Both the position numbers and the translations under genes were made by a program. A DNA stretch of 14,981 nucleotides, from the NCBI GenBank assembly GCA_963745475.1, contig CAVUXN010000001.1, positions 1 to 14,981 on the forward strand, written 5' to 3'. The notes under the pieces are model-generated. The model saw nothing but the letters and a program-made list of their open reading frames with translations. It was not told the origin of the DNA and did no database searches. Below, piece after piece: positions 8,521 to 14,981 of this stretch (within the stretch, counting starts at the first letter, position 1; each line of letters begins with the position of its first letter). Source of the stretch: an uncultured delta proteobacterium (lineage in GTDB: Bacteria; Myxococcota; Myxococcia; Myxococcales; Myxococcaceae).

Positions 8521-9300
8521 TCAGCTCGGGCTCAAGCCAGGCCCGAAGGGGTTGCGGTAGAGGCCCAGGCGCTGAAGCGTGAGGTAATAAAGGACAGGGG
8601 GCTGATGGACGAGGTAGCGGCGCCAGCGCTGGCTGGGCTCGCTCACCAGGCGGTAGAGCCATTCGAGGCCTGCGTCAGTCAGCCAACTGGGCGGCCGCTT
8701 CAGGCTGCGGGCCTCGTAGTCCAGGGTGCCGCCGAGGGGGAGGAAGGCTTTAACCAGCGGAAGCCGGTGGCGGTTTTGGACCATGAATTTCTCCTGTCGC
8801 CCGGCGCCCAACCCCACCACCAACACGCTGGCCTTTGAGCTGTTGATGCGCTCCACCATCCGATCAATCTCGCCCGGCCTCTTGTCGTAGTCGAACGGCG
8901 GCGAGTCTGTGCCCACCACCATGGCTCGCCCCACCGTTTGGTTGATGTTCTTGCCAGCAGCCTCGGCGACGCCAGGGCCGCCACCGCAGAGAAAGATGGT
9001 CACAGCCAGGTTGTCTTTGTGCTTCCGGTAGTAGCGGGGGAAGAAATCCGAGCCCGACACCCGCCCTCGCAAGGGGGTGCCCAGGACCTTGGCTGCGGCG
9101 ACGAGAATTTGGCTGTCGCAAGTAATTGGGCTGAAGTTGGGGAGGAGCTCGTAAAACTCCCGATCCTTCTGCAGCTTCACAATCATGTCGACGTGGACGG
9201 TGAGCAGCATCCCCTCCTGAAAGGAGTCCACCAACTCCTCGAGGGTAATGTCGTCGACGTCGACGTTGAGCAGCCGCACCTTTTTCGGCGAGGGCGGCAT
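8521..9300 (-). CDS. WecB/TagA/CpsF family glycosyltransferase (GT26)
   Basis: Likely ATG is 9300, 5 bp after the upstream stop; the track's 9474 start overlaps the previous gene. Motifs: 'RVSGSDF', 'IFLCGG', 'VVGLGAGRQEKF', 'GLEWLYRLVSEPSQRWRRY'. Confidence 0.92.
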   Translation of the reverse strand: MPPSPKKVRLLNVDVDDITLEELVDSFQEGMLLTVHVDMIVKLQKDREFYELLPNFSPITCDSQILVAAAKVLGTPLRGRVSGSDFFPRYYRKHKDNLAVTIFLCGGGPGVAEAAGKNINQTVGRAMVVGTDSPPFDYDKRPGEIDRMVERINSSKASVLVVGLGAGRQEKFMVQNRHRLPLVKAFLPLGGTLDYEARSLKRPPSWLTDAGLEWLYRLVSEPSQRWRRYLVHQPPVLYYLTLQRLGLYRNPFGPGLSPS

Positions 9301-9305
9301 GCGGG

Positions 9306-10175
9306 CTACTTTCCCCAGGAGCGTTGAATCAGCTCCTGGGTTTGACGGATGTTGCCGCGCGAGGAAGCGCCGAAGACGATGGACGAGAGTCCTTCCAAGC
9401 CACACGCCCACTCGATGGCCTCCTGAGGAGGGATGGCGCCGGAGGCGAGCACGGACATGCCGATGGCCCTGCACTTTCGCGTCCGGAGCGCCTCGCGGTA
9501 AGCGTCGACGCCGCCGCTCATTCGAAAGCCAATCTTGTTGATGTTGGCGCAGACAATGGGGTTGTCCACGCCGGCCTGGTCGAGCGCGTCCAGAAGCAGG
9601 GGCAAGTTCATGGTGATGAATCCCGCCTCAGCGCCGTAACGGTCCCTGACGTACCGATCGAACTCGGCAAACACCGGGTAGAGCTTGAGCCCGAGAAGAA
9701 GGTCGGTGACCACATTCTGGACGAAGATGACCGGGGTATTGAGGCCCTGAAACCGCCGCATCTCCGCATCGACGAGCAGCCTCATCAGCGCATAAATGTC
9801 GCGAGTCAGCGTCCCCACCGCGCCCCGGATGAGGGTGCTCACCACGCCGCCGGCGGCGAAGCGCTGGATGGTTTCGATGGCCCCCACCTGGCTGACTGAG
9901 TTGGCATACTTGTGGGCGTAAGGCATGCACGGGAAGTAGATGAAGTCCTTGTAGCGTTCGGGGTGCCGGCGCATGTGGTCAGCGATTTCGCCCACGCGGT
10001 CGTAGGTGGTGCACATGAAGGTGCGAATGCCCATCTGGTAGGCCTCGTCCAGCACCTCGATGATGGCGGCGGTGTCCTTGAATCTCACGAGCTGTGCTCG
10101 CGCTTTCTCCTCCGACATGTGGTTCACACCGAAGAATTGGTTGTCGCCGAAGAGAATGCGGTCGATGGTCGCCAC
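9306..10175 (-). CDS. Aldo/keto-reductase-like (TIM-barrel) protein of unknown function
   Basis: AKR-like layout: 'RILFGDNQF', 'VLDEAYQMGIRTF', 'IGMSVLASG', 'EAIEW', 'SIVFGASSRGNIRQT'. It sits 9 bp downstream of the Gfo gene. The canonical DTAxxY motif is not present. Confidence 0.72.
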   Translation of the reverse strand: MATIDRILFGDNQFFGVNHMSEEKARAQLVRFKDTAAIIEVLDEAYQMGIRTFMCTTYDRVGEIADHMRRHPERYKDFIYFPCMPYAHKYANSVSQVGAIETIQRFAAGGVVSTLIRGAVGTLTRDIYALMRLLVDAEMRRFQGLNTPVIFVQNVVTDLLLGLKLYPVFAEFDRYVRDRYGAEAGFITMNLPLLLDALDQAGVDNPIVCANINKIGFRMSGGVDAYREALRTRKCRAIGMSVLASGAIPPQEAIEWACGLEGLSSIVFGASSRGNIRQTQELIQRSWGK

Positions 10176-10184
10176 GTGGGAGCC

Positions 10185-11198
10185 TTAGCCGTTCGCCTGG
10201 AGGATGAGGTCCACCACGCGATCCGTCTCGTAGGCGCTGGCGAAGGAATTCTCGTGCGCCATGTTGCTGGTGCGAATGGCCTCGGTGAAGGCCTCGAGCT
10301 GCGCCGAATATTCCTCGCCGCGGAGGTAGAACCCCACCGGCTTTTGCAGGCTGGTGATGTAGCGAGTGTTCCAGCCCTGGACGTAGTCCTCGAATCCGGC
10401 CTCTTGGCGCAGGTAGACCTTGAGCTCTTGGCGGTCCACGACGATTTTCCCGCCAGTCCCGTGCAAGGTGACGCTGGTCGTCATTTTCCGGTAGGTCTCG
10501 TCGCTCCAGTTGGTTTCGAGAAGCCCGCTGGCGTCCTCTCCGTAGCTGAAAACTGCCGAGACGGCGTCCTCCACCCCTTGAGAAAAAATGGTTTGTAGGC
10601 TTGCCCCCTGCACCCGCGTGGGTGGCCCGACGAGAAAGTTCATCAGGTCGATGACGTGGCTCGCGTAGTCGTGCAAGCAGCCCCCGCCCTCGGACTTGCT
10701 CGCGCGCCAGGTGCGGTTTTTCTCCTTGAGCACCACCTGTCCGAAAGCGCTGCCGTGGATGTTGGATACCTTCCCCAGAGCACCGGCGCGCACCAGTCGC
10801 CGCGCCTCCTGGAAGGTCCCGATGAAGCGGTTGTGGAAGCCGACTTGGTTGACGCGGTGGCGCTCCACCGCGAGCTGAGACAGGGCGAGGCTCTGCTCCG
10901 CGGAGAGTGTGAGCGGCTTCTCGACGAAGAGGTGAGCCCCTCGCTCCAGGGCGTACTGAGCGCAGGCGAAATGGGTGGAGGTGGGGGTGGCGACGATGAC
11001 TGCGTCCGGACGGGCCTCGTCCATCATTTGCTGGTAGCCGGTGAACGTCTGCACGCCGACGTACTTCTTCAGCACCGAGAGCACGTAGTGCGAGGTGTCG
11101 CACACCGCCACCACCGCCGCGCCGGGTAAGGCGTTGGCGATGGAGAAATGTGACAGACCCATCTTCCCGGCACCGACGATGCCGATTCGAATTCCCAT
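10185..11198 (-). CDS. Gfo/Idh/MocA family NAD(P)-dependent oxidoreductase
   Basis: 'IGIVGAGKMG', 'DAVIVATPTSTH', 'HLFVEKP', 'QVGFHNRF', 'WR...GGGCLHDYASHVID'. Confidence 0.94.
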   Translation of the reverse strand: MGIRIGIVGAGKMGLSHFSIANALPGAAVVAVCDTSHYVLSVLKKYVGVQTFTGYQQMMDEARPDAVIVATPTSTHFACAQYALERGAHLFVEKPLTLSAEQSLALSQLAVERHRVNQVGFHNRFIGTFQEARRLVRAGALGKVSNIHGSAFGQVVLKEKNRTWRASKSEGGGCLHDYASHVIDLMNFLVGPPTRVQGASLQTIFSQGVEDAVSAVFSYGEDASGLLETNWSDETYRKMTTSVTLHGTGGKIVVDRQELKVYLRQEAGFEDYVQGWNTRYITSLQKPVGFYLRGEEYSAQLEAFTEAIRTSNMAHENSFASAYETDRVVDLILQANG

Positions 11199-11214
11199 TC
11201 GTTGCGAGGCCCCT

Positions 11215-11240
11215 AAAAACAGCGCGCGGACAGGGCGCGC
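11215..11240 (-). terminator. Possible intra-operon intrinsic terminator or attenuator
   Basis: On the - strand: GCGCGC-CCTGTCC-GCGCGC (6-bp GC stem, 7-nt loop) followed directly by TGTTTTT, in the 75-bp gap between the GT2 and Gfo genes. Confidence 0.4.
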
Positions 11241-11273
11241 AAGATGGCCGAAGTTACGCCGTCCCTCAATGGG

Positions 11274-12251
11274 TCAGCCTGCACTCGGGGGACGCGAGGG
11301 ATTCCATTCTGTCTTCTGTCGCTCGTTGAGCAGTGCCGTGGCGCGGGCCTTCCCGCGCACGAGGCACGCCCACTGGTAACGGCGGAGGAAGCGTCGAAAC
11401 TTCGCGTCGCCGTACCGGGGATTCCTCCGGGCCATACTCTTCAAGTAACCGTAAAGCATGGCCACCCCGCCGACGATGCGCGGTGGCCGCGTCGCTCGGT
11501 AGACGGCGCTGGCGAGCATGTACACCACCGAGGTGCCCATGAAGTATTGCCCGAAGCCATGGCGCTGACGTCCCGTCCACCAATTCTTGTGACTCGTGCC
11601 CATCGGGCGAAGGTGGATGAAGCGCAAGTCCGGCTCGTCCCAGGAGGCGGCAATCCACCCCAACTGCCGACAGCGGTGCCCATCAATGCCGTCCCACATC
11701 AGCTCGCGGGTGAAGCCCCCAATCTGCCGAAAGCACTTGGTGCGGTAGAACTTCACCATTCCCACCGAGTTCTCATCGCCGAGCATCTCGGAGACGAATC
11801 CGGCGGTGTCGGAGAGCGGCAACTGGACCGGCCCTTCATTTCCGGACCCTGGGAAGTAAGGCTTTCCGGACGCAGTTCCGAGGCGGGGTTCGGCCTCCAT
11901 CCGCTCCATCAGAGTCTCGAAGTAGCGCGGCGGGAGGTCCAGGTCGAGGTCGAGCTTGCAAATGTAATCAAACCTCGCTGGGTCGATGGAGTCGTACCCC
12001 GTATAAAACGCGTCAATCACGCCGCCGCCGAGCTTGCGATCGCCGCGGTCGGCACGGACGAGGACTCGAATGAAGGGACAGCGCGACGCGTAGTCCGCCA
12101 GAATCCTCGGGGTGCTGTCCTTCGAGCCATCATCGACGATGAGCCACAAGGTTGGAGGCGCTGACTGCCGCAGCACCGACTCGAGCGTCCGCCGCGCGTA
12201 CTTCGCCTCGTCGCGGCACGGAGTGATGAGGCAGTAGCTGCGTCCAGCCAT
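11274..12251 (-). CDS. Glycosyltransferase family 2
   Basis: Likely ATG is 12251 (MAGRSYCLITPCRDEAKY); the track's 12485 start overlaps the GH9 gene. Motifs: 'LIVDDGSKD', DxD region 'KLDLDLDL', 'IGGF...WDGID', 'HLRPMG'. Confidence 0.93.
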   Translation of the reverse strand: MAGRSYCLITPCRDEAKYARRTLESVLRQSAPPTLWLIVDDGSKDSTPRILADYASRCPFIRVLVRADRGDRKLGGGVIDAFYTGYDSIDPARFDYICKLDLDLDLPPRYFETLMERMEAEPRLGTASGKPYFPGSGNEGPVQLPLSDTAGFVSEMLGDENSVGMVKFYRTKCFRQIGGFTRELMWDGIDGHRCRQLGWIAASWDEPDLRFIHLRPMGTSHKNWWTGRQRHGFGQYFMGTSVVYMLASAVYRATRPPRIVGGVAMLYGYLKSMARRNPRYGDAKFRRFLRRYQWACLVRGKARATALLNERQKTEWNPSRPPSAG

Positions 12252-12366
12252 CAAGAAGGCGCTCCCCGGGGACACTCCGAGGCCTCTGCTGTAACACGAG
12301 ACGGTCGCTGGTCGACCCCCGCGGCAGGTGTAGAGTCCTCGAGGGGAGGCCCTCCGCGGAAAGTCG
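12252..12366. promoter_or_regulatory. Divergent intergenic region expected to hold promoters for the - strand block and the GH9 gene
   Basis: Positional only: a 115-bp gap between head-to-head genes. No convincing sigma70 or sigma54 consensus was recognised. Confidence 0.45.
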
Positions 12367-14190
12367 ATGAAGACCAGCGGGACAGTTGGCCTGGCCGCGT
12401 TGCTCCTCTTGGCGGTGGGCGGTCTCGCCGTCGGCAAGCGTATGGGGCTGAAAGGGCGCGCCAAGCGGATGCTGCTGGGGTCCACCGCGACCGAGCAACG
12501 CCTCGCTTCACGCCAGGACGAGGCGCCCTTTGGCCTTCTCGCGGCTTCTCAGGTGGGTTACGCGCCGGAGATGGTGAAGCAGTTCAGTGCTCCCCGACAT
12601 TTTGATTCCTTCCAGGTTCTCGACGAGCGGACTGGCGCCGTTGCCTTGGCCGGACGGGGGCCGGTACGGACGCTGCATGTCGAGGGGTTGGGCTCAATCA
12701 CCGAGGTCTCGATTGGTGACTTCACCGGCCTCACCCGCCCCGGGCGCTACCGCCTCGTCGCCGATGGTGGGCTGAATAGCCATCCCTTCGAGGTGGGGCA
12801 CGGCGTCTTTGACGGGCCCTTGCGGGCGCTGCAGCGCGTCTTCTACTTTCAGCGGGCCTTCACCGAAATCGACGCCGCCCATGCCCAGGGGCCGTGGGTC
12901 CATGCCAGCGACGCGGCGAAGGCTCCGCCCGGTGTCCGCAAGGGCTGGCACGACGCTGGGGATTTCTCCGTCTACAGCGACACGGCCAACACGGCGCTCT
13001 TTTGGATGTTGGAAGCGATGAGCGACTTTGCCCCCACCGACGACGACACGGGCATCCCCGAATCCGGCAATGGAATTCCGGACTTACTCGACGAAGCGCG
13101 CTGGGGCCTGGAGTGGCTGCTTTCGGTCCAGGAGGACTCGGGCGGCTTTCGGAACTCAACCTGCGAGGAGAGCTACGGCCCCTATGGGAGCAACTCGCCC
13201 CAGACGGCTGCGCCGTACCACGACGGAGAGGTGGGGACGCTCGCCACTGCGCGCGCCGTCGGGACTCTCGCCTACGCCTCCACCCTTTACCGGAAGTACG
13301 ACGCGCAATTTGCCGGGCAGTGCCTCGAGGCGGCGCGGCGCGGCGAGGCCTACCTCCGCGCTCGCCCCCGGGAGAACAGCGACGGCCCGACGTGCCCGGT
13401 GCACCGCGCTGATGGAGACGCGCTCATCGGCCGCCACGTCCGGATGTATGCCGCGGCGGGCATGCTGCTCGCCACCAGCGAGGCGCGCTTCCGCGGCGAC
13501 TTCGAGCGGAACTACATCGAGTTGGACTACGACCCGAGTTATCTCCACTTCAACGGCTTCGCCGCCCAGCTCTATCTCCGAGCCGCCGCGGGGGACAAGG
13601 CGCGTCAGCAGGCCATTCGCGAGCGGCTGGGAGCGCTTGCCGACGGCGCGCGGGCCGATGGAGCGGCGCAGCCCTTCGCCTGGGCCCCCCGCACGCACTG
13701 GGGTTCCATTGGCGCCGCCTTCACCCGAGTTGGCTCCTACAACGTCAAGCGCTGCCTTCTGGACAGAGCGGGCGCGGCCGCGGATTGCGAACAGGCGCTC
13801 ACCGTCGTCCATTACCTCTTCGGGAGGAACTATTTGCACTTCTGCTACGTCAGCGGGCTGCCCGGTGTCGCCCACGGGAGGCAGTGGGCCTTTCACCAAT
13901 GGTTGGCGACGCTCCATGCCGAACCCCACGACTTCCCAGGCCTGGTGGCCGGCGGGCCCAACGCCCAGCCGGAACCTGACGACGGCTCCAAACCGTGGGG
14001 CCGGCCCATTGCTGTGTGGGGCTACTTTGGCGACCCCGCTTTTCCCCGCGACGCGGACACGCCCTTCGAGGGGCGTTACACCGACAACGACAGCTGGTCC
14101 ACCAACGAGCTGTCCGTCGATTGGCAATCCGCGGCGCTTTACAACCTGTACTTTGCCCGCTGGATGGCTTCAGCGCCTGCCTCCAAGTGA
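12367..14190 (+). CDS. Glycoside hydrolase family 9 with N-terminal Ig-like domain and a hydrophobic N-terminal helix
   Basis: Ig-like 'SQVGYAP...GDFTGLTRPGRYRL...SHPFEVG'. Catalytic 'FYFQR', 'GWHDAGDF', 'NGIPDLLDEARWGLEWL', 'YLFGRN...YVSG', 'PGLVAGGPN' and 'YTD..SWSTNELSVDWQ'. Confidence 0.92.
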   Translation: MKTSGTVGLAALLLLAVGGLAVGKRMGLKGRAKRMLLGSTATEQRLASRQDEAPFGLLAASQVGYAPEMVKQFSAPRHFDSFQVLDERTGAVALAGRGPVRTLHVEGLGSITEVSIGDFTGLTRPGRYRLVADGGLNSHPFEVGHGVFDGPLRALQRVFYFQRAFTEIDAAHAQGPWVHASDAAKAPPGVRKGWHDAGDFSVYSDTANTALFWMLEAMSDFAPTDDDTGIPESGNGIPDLLDEARWGLEWLLSVQEDSGGFRNSTCEESYGPYGSNSPQTAAPYHDGEVGTLATARAVGTLAYASTLYRKYDAQFAGQCLEAARRGEAYLRARPRENSDGPTCPVHRADGDALIGRHVRMYAAAGMLLATSEARFRGDFERNYIELDYDPSYLHFNGFAAQLYLRAAAGDKARQQAIRERLGALADGARADGAAQPFAWAPRTHWGSIGAAFTRVGSYNVKRCLLDRAGAAADCEQALTVVHYLFGRNYLHFCYVSGLPGVAHGRQWAFHQWLATLHAEPHDFPGLVAGGPNAQPEPDDGSKPWGRPIAVWGYFGDPAFPRDADTPFEGRYTDNDSWSTNELSVDWQSAALYNLYFARWMASAPASK

Positions 14191-14287
14191 CCGCTGGTAG
14201 TTGGCCGACCCAAGGGCGGCCCTGGGCGACACTCGAGGCGGCTCGTGACTGAGCCTGGTGTTTCGTAGTTTGGTGGCGCGCCAAACC

Positions 14288-14981
14288 ATGTGCGGAATCG
14301 CCGGCATCCTGGGACGCCTCGACGAGGTGAACCGCGCAGCTCTCAACCGCATGAGCGAAGCCATGGTGCACCGCGGCCCCGACGACGAGGGGACGTGGGA
14401 GTCCGCTGCCGGGGCGGACGGGCTCGGCGCGCTGCTCGCATTCCGGCGGTTGGCCATCCTGGACCTCTCGCCCTCTGGCGCGCAGCCGATGGTGGACCCG
14501 CTCAGCGGGCACGTGTTGCTCTTCAACGGCGAGGTTTACAACTTCCAGGCGCTCCGGCAGCGGCTGACTTCGGCTGGCCACACCTTTCGGTCCAGCGGAG
14601 ATGCGGCGGTGGTGCTCCGGGCGCTCGCCACCGAGGGCCCGGCGGCGCTTCCTTCCTTTCGAGGGATGTTTGCTTCTGGCCTTGTGGGACCCCGCCGCCC
14701 GGCCACGCTGCTGTTGGCCCGTGACCCGCTAGGAATCAAACCCCTCTACGTGGCGCGCTCGGCGGATTCCTCGGCTGGTTGGAGCGTCGCGTTCGCCTCG
14801 GAGTCCGCCGACTGTCGGCCTCCGGCCTGCTGGGCACACCACGGCTCGACCCCTCTGCGGTGGCCTCCGTGGTGTGGAACGGCTTCGTCGTGGGCCCAGG
14901 CACCATGCTTCGCGGCGTGGAGGTGCTTCCCCCGGGGCAGCTGCAGCTCTACGGCGAGCGTGGGGACGTGCGGCGCACGGC
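14288..14981 (+). CDS. asnB: Asparagine synthase (glutamine-hydrolysing)-like amidotransferase, 3'-truncated by the window edge, with internal frameshifts
   Basis: Absent from the ORF track because no stop falls in the window. Manual translation from ATG 14288: MCGIAGI...HRGPD...RRLAILDL...QPM...FNGEVYNF...RGMFA...LARDPLGIKPLY...FASE. The homologous-looking continuation (SGLLGTPRLDP...GPGTMLRGVEVLPPG) is in a shifted frame after ~14803. Confidence 0.92.
   Translation, partial: MCGIAGILGRLDEVNRAALNRMSEAMVHRGPDDEGTWESAAGADGLGALLAFRRLAILDLSPSGAQPMVDPLSGHVLLFNGEVYNFQALRQRLTSAGHTFRSSGDAAVVLRALATEGPAALPSFRGMFASGLVGPRRPATLLLARDPLGIKPLYVARSADSSAGWSVAFASESADCRPPACWAHHGSTPLRWPPWCGTASSWAQAPCFAAWRCFPRGSCSSTASVGTCGAR

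Noticed and set aside
11932..11956. Short 6-nt periodic repeats (aggtcc/aggtcg; also gtcgac repeats near 9253)
   Set aside because: They encode LDLDLDL and VDVDD within proteins, are imperfect and in frame, and are not contingency repeats or CRISPR.
11244..12164. 306-aa + strand ORF antisense to GT2 (similarly 13156..14127 -, 9912..10598 +, 414..1031 -)
   Set aside because: Antisense shadow ORFs expected in high-GC coding DNA; no recognisable motifs, and the opposite strand has a clear family match.
13028..14200. 390-aa alternative-frame ORF inside GH9 (similarly 9979..11103 - and 7730..8662 -)
   Set aside because: Composition (rich in Arg/Pro/Ala with Ser/Thr or Gly) is typical of off-frame GC-rich translation; no domain signal.
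14191..14204. ops-like sequence (gctggtagttgg) after GH9
   Set aside because: Several mismatches to GGCGGTAGnnTG; not distinguishable from chance.
1..14981. tRNA/rRNA genes, IS elements, integrases, CRISPR arrays, defence systems
   Set aside because: None recognised; nearly all of the window is accounted for by polysaccharide-related CDSs with short gaps.

Overview
GC-rich bacterial DNA, entirely within a Wzx/Wzy-type exopolysaccharide or capsule biosynthesis locus. A Myxococcota-like source is my inference from gene content and protein style. There are three blocks. (1) A + strand block: 5'-truncated polysaccharide co-polymerase, Wzx flippase (one-base frameshift near 1251), Gfo/Idh/MocA oxidoreductase, extended-SDR epimerase/dehydratase and an SGNH lipoprotein. 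(2) A convergent - strand block: GT2, a second Gfo/Idh/MocA, an AKR-like protein, a WecB/TagA glycosyltransferase, an acyltransferase-3 and a MetX-like alpha/beta hydrolase with an export signal. (3) A divergent + strand block: a GH9 glycoside hydrolase and a 3'-truncated AsnB-like amidotransferase that the ORF track missed and that carries several indels. The best candidates for something undescribed are a possible O-acylation relay (stand-alone AT3 overlapping an exported MetX-fold enzyme, next to an SGNH lipoprotein with a CBM-like insertion in its catalytic domain) and two parallel dehydrogenase/reductase pairs. No RNA genes, mobile elements or CRISPR arrays were recognised. All family calls come from motif recognition by eye, not database searches.
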